From IMG/VR virus record IMGVR_UViG_3300026290_000001: DNA of 64,000 bases, one strand, 5' to 3'. The notes under the pieces were generated by a model that was not told where the DNA came from, ran no database searches, and saw only the letters and a program-made list of their open reading frames with translations. This document shows, in pieces, positions 9,569-18,049 of the stretch (the first letter of the stretch is position 1; each line of letters starts with the position of its first letter). The stretch is from a virus. The translations under genes and the position numbers were made by a program.

Positions 9569-10240
9569 TTGATTAAAGTAGAAAATATAGAAGTGTTCAA
9601 TTTTCAAGGGGCTTTAAGGGGCATGCGGAATCCTTTAGAATCTTGGGATAAATCAGATAGTTATTGGAATGACACTACTATTGAAAGTGTCAAAGATTTC
9701 ATCATTGGTGAAAAAGATATGACACTTGCTTTAAAACTTATTAAAGCAGGAAATGAACATGCAAAATTCATGCGTCAAATTTTTGTCTCAATGGATATTA
9801 CTGCGCCTTTATATTGGTGGAAGGAAGCAGACACATATAAAATTTCTACAGTAGCAAACAGTACATCCACTATGCACAAAATGGGCAGCAGACCATTAAT
9901 TTATGAAGATTTTTCTTGGGATAAATTCTTTGAAACAAATTTAGGTAATATTACTGATGAATATATCTACAACTCAATTGAAAAATACCGACAGGATACT
10001 TTATCTCACTTAAACGAATTGATAGAAATATGGCAGGAACGAAGAGATAAGAAAATATGGCTGGCAATAATTCAAAACTTACCTTCTTCGTTTAATCAAA
10101 TGAGAACTTGGACTGGTAATTATCAAGTATTAAGAAATATGTATTTTCAGAGACGTAATCACAAGTTAAAGGAGTGGAAAGATTTTTGTAAGGTGATTGA
10201 GGAGTTACCTTATAGTGAATTGATTATAGTGGAAAAATAA
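9569..10240 (+). CDS. ThyX-like (flavin-dependent thymidylate synthase fold) protein lacking the canonical RHR motif
   Basis: Segment ITAPLYWWKEADTYKISTVANSTSTM loosely parallels the ThyX region around the RHRxxSxxxxSxR motif but without the Arg/His residues; placed among nucleotide-metabolism genes. Confidence 0.3.
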   Translation: MIKVENIEVFNFQGALRGMRNPLESWDKSDSYWNDTTIESVKDFIIGEKDMTLALKLIKAGNEHAKFMRQIFVSMDITAPLYWWKEADTYKISTVANSTSTMHKMGSRPLIYEDFSWDKFFETNLGNITDEYIYNSIEKYRQDTLSHLNELIEIWQERRDKKIWLAIIQNLPSSFNQMRTWTGNYQVLRNMYFQRRNHKLKEWKDFCKVIEELPYSELIIVEK

Positions 10241-10257
10241 AAAGAAAGGAAGAATAT

Positions 10258-10788
10258 ATGAAAATAATAAATATATCGGGCAAGGCGCAACACGGGAAGG
10301 ACACAACGGCATTAATTTTAAAAAAGAAATTAGAATCAAAAAATAAAAAAGTTATAATAACTCACTATGCAGACCTACTCAAATATGAAGCAAAACAATT
10401 TTTTAATTGGGACGGAAATAAAGATGAAAAAGGTAGACAAATACTTCAGTATATGGGTACTGATGTAATAAGAAAAATAAATCCTGATTATTGGGTTAAT
10501 TTCATTAAAGAATTTATGTCAATGTTTGAAAATGAATGGGATTATGTAATAATTCCTGATTGCAGGTTCCCCAATGAGATTGAAGTGTGGGGCATTGATA
10601 ATTGGCCTAATGTATCGGTTAGAATTATTAGAGATAATTTTATTAGTAATCTCACTCCTGAACAATTAAATCATCCATCTGAAACTGCTTTAGATGATTA
10701 TGAATTTGATTATTACATATTTAATTCTGATGATATAAATTATTTAAATAAAGAAGTAGATTATTTAGTTGAATGGCTGGAGGTATAA
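10258..10788 (+). CDS. P-loop nucleotide/nucleoside kinase (dNMP-kinase-like)
   Basis: N-terminal Walker A ISGKAQHGKDT. Confidence 0.4.
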   Translation: MKIINISGKAQHGKDTTALILKKKLESKNKKVIITHYADLLKYEAKQFFNWDGNKDEKGRQILQYMGTDVIRKINPDYWVNFIKEFMSMFENEWDYVIIPDCRFPNEIEVWGIDNWPNVSVRIIRDNFISNLTPEQLNHPSETALDDYEFDYYIFNSDDINYLNKEVDYLVEWLEV

Positions 10789-11346
10789 ATGAAAAGAAAG
10801 TTTTTTATTGATTTTGATAATACAATTATAGATACAACCAACGCTTTCTGCGCAGTTTATAATGAGCTTTATTGCGATCATCCTAATTTTAAAACAGCAG
10901 AACCAGATCAAGTTAAGGTTTACAATTTTTCTGACGAATGTCCTTTAGTTACAAATGTAGAAGAAATTTTTACTCATCCATTATTCTTTCAATTTGCAGA
11001 ATTTATAAATCACAATACATATGAAACTCTAGAAAAATTAAACAATAAATATCAACTTATAGTATGTTCAATAGGTTGGCCTAAAAACTTAGCATACAAG
11101 GCACGTTGGTTGGAAGAAAAACTACCTTTTATTAAAGACTATGTTCTAATCAGTAATCCTACATGCAAAATGAATAAGAGCATTGTAAATATGGAAGGTG
11201 CAATATTTTTGGACGATATACCGTCAAACTTATATAGTTCAAATGCTGAAAGAAAGATATTATTTGGTAAGAGATATATTTGGAATAAAGAATGGGATGG
11301 AGAATGGGTAAGAAGTTGGAGTGAAGTTGAAGGAAGGTTTTTGTAG
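10789..11346 (+). CDS. HAD-family 5'(3')-deoxyribonucleotidase-like
   Basis: N-terminal FIDFDNTIIDT (DxDxT HAD motif I). Confidence 0.5.
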   Translation: MKRKFFIDFDNTIIDTTNAFCAVYNELYCDHPNFKTAEPDQVKVYNFSDECPLVTNVEEIFTHPLFFQFAEFINHNTYETLEKLNNKYQLIVCSIGWPKNLAYKARWLEEKLPFIKDYVLISNPTCKMNKSIVNMEGAIFLDDIPSNLYSSNAERKILFGKRYIWNKEWDGEWVRSWSEVEGRFL

Positions 11347-11398
11347 AAGAATTAAAATAGTAATATAAATATATGTTTATATAATAAACATTATTTAA

Positions 11399-11734
11399 GA
11401 TTTAGTTAAATTTAGTTATAGGACAATCATAGGTGTTCATAAGTTTATATGGGAAAATGGTGAACCATATAGACCAAATTATTTAAGTGATTTATTTAAA
11501 AAGACAGTTACTGATAATAATTTACCACCAATAAGACTGCATGATTTAAGACATACATTCGCAAGTGTAGCAAATGAATTAGGAGTTGGATTATATGATA
11601 TTAGCAAAGCATTAGGTCATAGTCAAATAGGTACTACTAGCGAAATATACACACATATGTTTGATAAGACCCATAAGAAAACCATTAGTAAAGTTGCCGA
11701 TGCCTTTAAAGAAACAGAAAAAAATAAGGAATGA
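11399..11734 (+). pseudogene. tyrosine recombinase/integrase C-terminal fragment (no start codon, about 110 codons)
   Basis: Open frame after a TAA stop encodes ...IRLHDLRHTFASVANELG...LGHSQIGTTSEIYTHMF (H-x-x-R box and catalytic Tyr region) but lacks the N-terminal 2/3 and any ATG start. Confidence 0.6.
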
Positions 11735-11790
11735 TATTTCTACCATTCCTTACATTCTTTATACATTTTTTAAAGTTATCCACAGGCTAC

Positions 11791-11812
11791 AAATCCCAAT
11801 ATATAGGCATTT
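11791..11812 (+). repeat. recombination-site-like core, copy A (aaatcccaatatataggcattt)
   Basis: Imperfect palindrome (aaatccc / 8-9 bp AT spacer / ggcattt); 20 of 22 nt identical to copy B, same orientation. Confidence 0.5.
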
Positions 11813-11856
11813 GTTTTTCTGAAAATCATGATAAAAACCTTATTTGGTTCAAATTA

Positions 11857-12216
11857 TTATCTAACTTGTTCTTTCCATGCATTTCCAAATTGCTTTTTCA
11901 ATGTTTTTAAAGACGATTCAATTAAAATTTGAATTTCACTTTCAGTTAAAGCAATACCTTTTTTATTCAACATTTCCGATAAAGCAATAAATGCTTCTCT
12001 ATATTTAGTTTGACCATCAACATCTTTAAAACTCTTTTGAACATATAAAACTGCAAGTCTAGCTAATTCTTGATTAGTCTGAATTTCATGATCAATCTTT
12101 TTAAGATTCTCTATACCTAATTTTTTCTTTAAAAGTGCAATTATAAAATATGAAAAAATCAATCCTATGATATACATAATATTTAAAAATAATTCACTAA
12201 TGATTTGATTATCCAT
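11857..12216 (-). CDS. membrane-anchored hypothetical protein (lysis cassette)
   Basis: N-terminal hydrophobic segment; directly downstream of endolysin. Confidence 0.3.
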   Translation of the reverse strand: MDNQIISELFLNIMYIIGLIFSYFIIALLKKKLGIENLKKIDHEIQTNQELARLAVLYVQKSFKDVDGQTKYREAFIALSEMLNKKGIALTESEIQILIESSLKTLKKQFGNAWKEQVR

Positions 12217-12236
12217 ATGTAACCTCCCTCTACCCT

Positions 12237-12953
12237 CTACTTCTTCAATTCTTTAAGTAAATATTCAACGGCATTATCAATTAAAACAGCACATTCTATT
12301 CGTGTAATACTACTATTAGGATCTAAAATCCCATCGCCTTTACCAGAAAGTATTTTCTTCTCATATAATCTATCTGCACTTTTTGCTCCCCAATGATCTT
12401 TAGGCAAGTCTTTAAAATACTTTGACATTTCTTCAATCACCTTACCTTTCAACAATTCCTTCTGAACTTCATTTTTAAATTTATCCCATGTCCAACCTAA
12501 ATGACCTGCTCTTATTAAACGTGGACAATTTTTTCCATTCCAATCCCAATGCTGTCTTAATGATTCTACATTTTTATTTTTAGATTTTAATAATTCTGCC
12601 ACAAGTAAAACTGCATTTTCTAATGTTTTTTGGTAATTCCCACTTTCACATATTTCAATTCCTATACTACGTCTATTACCAGCACCACTTCCTCCATCTC
12701 CTGCGTGCCAAGCATTTTCAAATAAAGGAATACATTCAATTGCTTGTTTTTCATCAATGGCAATATGATAACCTGTAGAAGATGTATTTGAAGGATTGGT
12801 TAAATAATCTCTTTCATTTCTTGCAGTAGATTTTGAATTCCCTGTGTTGTGAATAGTAATATATTCCCAATCCATTTTATATTTTGGACGTTTATTAGAA
12901 TTCATAGGAATGTGATCTATTACATAAGGAAAAGGTAAATTAAATTTACTCAT
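12237..12953 (-). CDS. endolysin, N-acetylmuramoyl-L-alanine amidase (amidase_2/PGRP-like)
   Basis: HNTGNS...GYHIAID...AWHAG...SIGIEICE...CPRL motifs typical of amidase_2 domain; adjacent to holin. Confidence 0.75.
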   Translation of the reverse strand: MSKFNLPFPYVIDHIPMNSNKRPKYKMDWEYITIHNTGNSKSTARNERDYLTNPSNTSSTGYHIAIDEKQAIECIPLFENAWHAGDGGSGAGNRRSIGIEICESGNYQKTLENAVLLVAELLKSKNKNVESLRQHWDWNGKNCPRLIRAGHLGWTWDKFKNEVQKELLKGKVIEEMSKYFKDLPKDHWGAKSADRLYEKKILSGKGDGILDPNSSITRIECAVLIDNAVEYLLKELKK

Positions 12954-13217
12954 TTATTTTTCACCACCTTTAACTAATCTCTCAATAAAGTCCGTTCCAG
13001 CATATCCAACGGTAATAAAAACTATCATTATCAACTTGCTTGTTTCAACACCTAGTAAGGCAATAGCAGTTATAGTCCCAATAGCACAACTTACCAATAA
13101 ACTTATAAATATTTGAGGTAAACTTTTATTGTTATTTACAACCATTCGTAAGACTTGACCTGCCATTCCTAAGATTGCACCTAGCAAAATAAATGATTGA
13201 ACTTCAAAAATATTCAA
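12954..13217 (-). CDS. holin
   Basis: 87-aa protein with two to three hydrophobic helices and charged C-terminus, immediately upstream of the endolysin. Confidence 0.6.
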   Translation of the reverse strand: MNIFEVQSFILLGAILGMAGQVLRMVVNNNKSLPQIFISLLVSCAIGTITAIALLGVETSKLIMIVFITVGYAGTDFIERLVKGGEK

Positions 13218-13239
13218 TTTACCACCTCAGAATTAAAAA

Positions 13240-13536
13240 TTAAATACTAGGAATATTGTCATTATCATCCAAAGTATTTATATCATTTATATTATTACTA
13301 TAATCAGGTTTATCAGGCCAAGTATTATGTTTACTTAAATTTTCAAATAATGATTTTACACAATAAATTAATGTCACTCCGATTATTTGAATGACGATTT
13401 TTTCTGAAAGATTTTCAGCAATTTGTTCTCTTCCTAGAAAGGCCAATAAATAAGAAAGATAAACCCAAATTACGCTGTTAATCATTAATAAATAAACTAT
13501 TCTTTTGCTAAATTCATCTATGTTAAATATTTTCAT
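13240..13536 (-). CDS. small membrane protein
   Basis: Hydrophobic segments; lysis-cassette context. Confidence 0.3.
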   Translation of the reverse strand: MKIFNIDEFSKRIVYLLMINSVIWVYLSYLLAFLGREQIAENLSEKIVIQIIGVTLIYCVKSLFENLSKHNTWPDKPDYSNNINDINTLDDNDNIPSI

Positions 13537-13547
13537 AACTCACCTTC

Positions 13548-13772
13548 TCACAAACGTATTTGTTGATGACAACTTGGACAATGTTCAATAGGTGAAGCAG
13601 GATAAGTTATTATATAATAAATAACCCATAAAATTACTAATAACCAAAACAATGGAGAACGAATAATAGTTGATAATATATTCCAAACTAAAAACAAGAT
13701 ACCTTGAATAAAAGATGTAGTTATATCTGTTATGTTATTAAAAAATATATCTACTTTGTTTTTATATTTCAT
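13548..13772 (-). CDS. small membrane protein
   Basis: Two hydrophobic helices. Confidence 0.3.
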   Translation of the reverse strand: MKYKNKVDIFFNNITDITTSFIQGILFLVWNILSTIIRSPLFWLLVILWVIYYIITYPASPIEHCPSCHQQIRL

Positions 13773-13779
13773 AATCTAC

Positions 13780-14361
13780 CTACTTTAAAACCATACTTAT
13801 CACTGCACCAAATCCCATAGACATTGCAATTATAAATAAATTCTTTAAAATATCTGATAATTTTATTTTATTATCACCACTTACTTCATCAATCTTCTTG
13901 CTTAATTTCTCCACACTAACTTCTGTACTGTTCATTCTATTGCTTAGTACGTCTAATGAATTACTGATCTTCGCTTGATTTTCACTAATTTCAGCAATCA
14001 ATTTATCTCTTTTAATTCCGTCTTCTCTCTGTAATTTTGTGAGCAATTGGAGTTCGGACAAAACACTTGTAATATCATATATTTTGTTTGTTTGGCTTTC
14101 CAAATCATCTATACGGTGATTTGCCACCTTTATTTTTTCATCAACATTCTTAAATACTTCGGCACAAATTTTTGGTTGTTCACATTCTTGATTTATGACC
14201 AATTCACAACACCATCCAATCTTTGTATTCATTCCTCCTTTGCGGTATAATGGGTACAAGGTAATTAATTTGACCGCAAAATTAATTACCATAACGAATA
14301 AGGCAGGATACCTATTTTTATCCTGCCTTATTTTTATTTTATTAAATTTAAAAAATCTCAA
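13780..14361 (-). CDS. coiled-coil protein with C-terminal membrane anchor
   Basis: Heptad-like central region, hydrophobic C-terminus IIAMSMGFGAVISMVL. Confidence 0.3.
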   Translation of the reverse strand: MRFFKFNKIKIRQDKNRYPALFVMVINFAVKLITLYPLYRKGGMNTKIGWCCELVINQECEQPKICAEVFKNVDEKIKVANHRIDDLESQTNKIYDITSVLSELQLLTKLQREDGIKRDKLIAEISENQAKISNSLDVLSNRMNSTEVSVEKLSKKIDEVSGDNKIKLSDILKNLFIIAMSMGFGAVISMVLK

Positions 14362-14375
14362 AAAATCATTTTTAA

Positions 14376-14397
14376 GAATCCCAATATATAGGGATTT
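14376..14397 (+). repeat. recombination-site-like core, copy B (gaatcccaatatatagggattt)
   Basis: Imperfect palindrome about 60 bp downstream of the XerD-like recombinase stop; direct repeat of copy A. Confidence 0.5.
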
Positions 14398-14456
14398 CTA
14401 AACCCGAAAATTTGAACCAAATTAAAGATTTGTTATGATACAAAATAAAAACATAA

Positions 14457-15461
14457 TTATTGATAGAAATATTGAGTATAACTTTGTTGCTTGTGTTCAA
14501 ACGTTTGTTTTGCGTAAATGCCCGTAGTTTGAATATCATCATGACCTAAAAGTTCTTGTAATACCGACATTGGACAACCGTTATTTAGCATCAAGGTTGC
14601 GAAAGTATGTCTGAGCATATGGGGATGAGTTCTCTTGTCAAGCCCTGCACGTTTACCTATTGCTGCTATTTCTCGTTGAATACCTCGATTGCTTAATCTT
14701 CTATATTCCTGCCGTTCTGTTACAAATAATGCTTCACAGTCATCCTTACGACTTTCAAGATATTTTTTAAGGTAAATTGCAGCTCTAGCAGAATAGAATA
14801 CAATTCGCTCTTTGTTTCCTTTGCCTAATACCTTAATCGTCCGATTTGATTGTCCTATATCATCTTTATTTAGTGCCGATATTTCAGATAATCGACAACC
14901 TGTTGAATACATAATTTCAGTTAATGCTTTTTCTCGCAAAGTGAAACAACTTTCACGGAATAGTTCCAATTCTTCAATTGTTAATGCCTTTGCCATTGCT
15001 TTTCCCACTTTATAAGGTTTAATTCTAATCATCGGATTTTCTTCAATAATCTGTTCCTCACAAAGCCATTCAAAGAAACTGCGAAGTACTGAGCGAATTG
15101 TCTCAACAGTACTTTTAGCATTTACTGTTGGGTCGCTTTCCCGATCATCCAGATAGTTAATTATGTCCTGCTTGGTTATTTCATTTACTGGTTTTTCTTC
15201 GGTTCTATCGGTAAATATTTTAAGATGAAGTCGATAATTATCAATAGTTATTGGACTTAATCCTTGCCGTTTTTTATCCTTCAAAAACAGTTTTATGTTT
15301 TTCCGCAAATTATAATATTCTGGATCGCTGTTTTGTTTTATAACTCTGTATTCATCAAGAATGGAGGCTAATTGATTTTTAGCCTCCATCTTATTCATGC
15401 CTTTTTCTATGATTCCATCTACAATTTTAGCATATAGCTCATAATTGAGATTAGGGTGCAT
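14457..15461 (-). CDS. XerC/XerD-like tyrosine site-specific recombinase
   Basis: RLSE (box I Arg), GKGNKER, HMLRHTFAT (H-x-x-R), LGHDDIQTTGIYA (catalytic Tyr). Confidence 0.8.
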   Translation of the reverse strand: MHPNLNYELYAKIVDGIIEKGMNKMEAKNQLASILDEYRVIKQNSDPEYYNLRKNIKLFLKDKKRQGLSPITIDNYRLHLKIFTDRTEEKPVNEITKQDIINYLDDRESDPTVNAKSTVETIRSVLRSFFEWLCEEQIIEENPMIRIKPYKVGKAMAKALTIEELELFRESCFTLREKALTEIMYSTGCRLSEISALNKDDIGQSNRTIKVLGKGNKERIVFYSARAAIYLKKYLESRKDDCEALFVTERQEYRRLSNRGIQREIAAIGKRAGLDKRTHPHMLRHTFATLMLNNGCPMSVLQELLGHDDIQTTGIYAKQTFEHKQQSYTQYFYQ

Positions 15462-15729
15462 AGAATACCTCCTTTTATTTAGTTGTTACTGAAGGTTCAT
15501 AGTCTACTGCGAAGTAACTTCTTAATACACATTTGCGAAGTCAGAAAACTTTTTAACCAATATCAAACAACCCCGACAATTTCTCTAACTTTTTCCCTAT
15601 ACATATTAGGCACAAAATCAATTATAATTCGCCCACTTTCTACTGCATATACCCACATTCCTAATATAGCTTCACTCATATCATTCATCTCCTTTTAGAT
15701 TAAACAATTCGGTTCTTAACATATCGATT

Positions 15730-15960
15730 TCAGCCATCATCAAAGTGAGTAGAAGTGCTATTCCTTCTGCATCTTCGTTGAAAGCCAACTTCGATATAGT
15801 CATTCTTGTTGAACACTTGCTCATCATATTCCCAACCACTAAACCCCTTCATGGCGTCAATATCTTCTTCCTCAATTCGCACTATATTCGTCCGAACATA
15901 GACTGTATCAGCATTCACTTCAATGGGCTTAACTGTTTCCTGTGTCCCTCTTATTCTCAC
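15730..15960 (-). CDS. hypothetical protein (GTG start)
   Basis: Small ORF just downstream of the tail-fibre gene. Confidence 0.25.
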   Translation of the reverse strand: MRIRGTQETVKPIEVNADTVYVRTNIVRIEEEDIDAMKGFSGWEYDEQVFNKNDYIEVGFQRRCRRNSTSTHFDDG

Positions 15961-16035
15961 GCTTTATCACCTCTTTATAGTATTTTCCTTGATAGGCTTC
16001 TATTCGACCCATTCGACCAATTACCACTGTTATTA

Positions 16036-17187
16036 TTAAAAATACACGAGGCGAGCGCCGATAACCGAATACTTTTCAGACTCCGAATAACCCACATGCA
16101 GCCGAAACGCCCCCGCCTTATCCGCAGCCGACCAATCACCACCGAAACGCGGCAAGCGCGAAACATTCAGAACCGCGGAATCGGGATAATGCGTGCTTTC
16201 GCTTCCGTTTGCTGTTTTGACGATAAAACCCGTTTCCGTACCACCTTGTATGTCGTCTATGTAACCGACTATATTCGTTGTCGCACCCTGTCCGTAATTT
16301 GTATATCCAGAACCAATATCGTTAAAACTTTCATTGCCGATTAGGATGTTTCGGTCTGCATCACTAAATAATCCGTCAATCCAATAGTAAATATTACCCC
16401 AAAAATCTTCTATGCCACAAAATTTTAATTGTTGTTTTCCTGTAGTTTCACCATAGAACATACCTTTAGCATTTGTAGCACCCGTATTAACTTTGGCACT
16501 ATTCCCATCGACATAACCTCTGCCTAAAGCAGTTTGCCAATCCCTACTCTTAAACATCACCGTACCTAAGACTTGCAACATTAAAAGTTGAAAATAAGCC
16601 ATTTGGTCATAACCACTGCCATTCGCCTGTGCAATAGTTCTAAATGCACCGATAGTTTCATAAGCGGTTGTTATTTTTCCGCTTAAACTTCTTAATTTAG
16701 AACCGTCAGAATATCCTAAATAAGCTGAAATGTAACACTTGGCTTTTTCGGTTGTACCCCTCATATGTGCTAAACATTTATACCCACTATCTACCTTTGC
16801 ATTAGCATATCTTACATACAAGTCAGTCCCAATGGTTTCAAATTTCCACCAAATCTTAGGAAATTCAATCATTACGTCACCATCTGCACCACTTGTAATG
16901 TCTGCATTTGTCCCGTCAATTTTTTTAGTATAATCGTTTGGATTTAGATAGTATTGCACCACTCCATTTTTAAGTAAACATGGTTTAATCTGATTAAATG
17001 GAAACTTGTCTTGCCAACTACCATAAGAAAAATTGCCATTATTTCCTTGGGCTGGAGTAAAACCTATTGCATTATCTGTATAGGCTAAAGCAGTTTCGGG
17101 GTTGCTATTTGTAGTATCAATTTTGATGCCATATATTTTAGGTGGTGATTTTACTGGTTTTCTTTTCCTAATTAATGCCTCACCCAT
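16036..17187 (-). CDS. tail fibre / receptor-binding protein with C-type-lectin (FGE)-like C-terminal domain
   Basis: Position in fibre cluster; C-terminus RFGGDWSAADKAGAFRLHVGYSESEKYSVIGARLV fits the RGGxW...GFRxV pattern of CLec/FGE-fold variable domains; 3' end visibly GC-rich. Confidence 0.45.
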   Translation of the reverse strand: MGEALIRKRKPVKSPPKIYGIKIDTTNSNPETALAYTDNAIGFTPAQGNNGNFSYGSWQDKFPFNQIKPCLLKNGVVQYYLNPNDYTKKIDGTNADITSGADGDVMIEFPKIWWKFETIGTDLYVRYANAKVDSGYKCLAHMRGTTEKAKCYISAYLGYSDGSKLRSLSGKITTAYETIGAFRTIAQANGSGYDQMAYFQLLMLQVLGTVMFKSRDWQTALGRGYVDGNSAKVNTGATNAKGMFYGETTGKQQLKFCGIEDFWGNIYYWIDGLFSDADRNILIGNESFNDIGSGYTNYGQGATTNIVGYIDDIQGGTETGFIVKTANGSESTHYPDSAVLNVSRLPRFGGDWSAADKAGAFRLHVGYSESEKYSVIGARLVYF

Positions 17188-18030
17188 TTACCTCACCACC
17201 TTTAGCTGAATTGGCAAACTAACTTCAGGTTTATCCATCGCATATAATGTTATAGAATTATTAGCAGTTGTTACACGATAAATTTTACCCCACTCATTTA
17301 CTCGTTCTTTATCTGTAGCAAATGTGCCACTCATTACTACGTCAACTATAGGATTGTCATTTGACGATATTCCAGTTACCGTTTGCGTTTTCGTATATGG
17401 GGCTTCTGTACCTGTCCAAGTAGTATCAAGTGTTGTCGTAAGCGTAGCGTGATATACGTGTCCTAATTTACTTATTGTCGCACCATCTGCCAGATGGTTA
17501 GCAAACTTTTTCCCAACCCCACTAACCAAAGGTCTTTTATCGACAATTATATTTACAGTTTTATCCGCATTTGTACTAATAGTACCAATTAATAGACTTC
17601 CATCTGTAATTGTTCCATCTATACTACTAGCAAAATTTCCATCATTTTTAAGATATATAGTATAGGTTATACTGGCCGATACTGGATTAATAGTAAAAGT
17701 TGTATCAGATGTTTTAGTTATAGTATTTATTGTATTTCCACTAAATGTTTCACCAGTACCACTAGCAATAACTATACTTAATGTATCTGTACCACTCGTA
17801 TAAAATGCAGATTTTATTCTAAATGGACTATCCAATTCTAATGAATTTAATAAAAATCTCGCATCTTTCCATGTTGCTCCTAAATCTCTAGGATCAGTAC
17901 CACCTAAAGTAACATTTGCATCATCAGCAACATGGATAATATCTAAACCACTATATTTATTTCTAATTTCTGCTACTTGCTCATCTGTATGTATAGCAAA
18001 TACTTTGCTATTTTTAATTACACAAATCAT
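17188..18030 (-). CDS. tail fibre protein
   Basis: Shares a roughly 110-aa domain (about 75% identical by eye) with the adjacent tailspike; Ser/Thr/Gly-rich. Confidence 0.45.
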   Translation of the reverse strand: MICVIKNSKVFAIHTDEQVAEIRNKYSGLDIIHVADDANVTLGGTDPRDLGATWKDARFLLNSLELDSPFRIKSAFYTSGTDTLSIVIASGTGETFSGNTINTITKTSDTTFTINPVSASITYTIYLKNDGNFASSIDGTITDGSLLIGTISTNADKTVNIIVDKRPLVSGVGKKFANHLADGATISKLGHVYHATLTTTLDTTWTGTEAPYTKTQTVTGISSNDNPIVDVVMSGTFATDKERVNEWGKIYRVTTANNSITLYAMDKPEVSLPIQLKVVR

Positions 18031-18049
18031 AAATTTATATCTCCCTCCT

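Noticed and set aside
14047-14401. Two overlapping + strand ORFs (14047..14250, 14195..14401)
   Set aside because: Antisense to the 193-aa - strand gene and extending into the recombination-site region; no RBS; likely spurious.
16036-16330. Calling a functional diversity-generating retroelement
   Set aside because: No reverse transcriptase ORF and no template-repeat copy found in the window; variable-looking codons do not follow the NNC pattern expected from AAC diversification. Kept only as a hypothesis in the findings.
15745-16344. 199-aa + strand ORF overlapping the 3' end of the tail-fibre gene
   Set aside because: Antisense to a well-supported - strand gene. The long open frame is best explained by the GC-rich composition of this segment (fewer AT-rich stop codons), and the translation looks like low-complexity junk.
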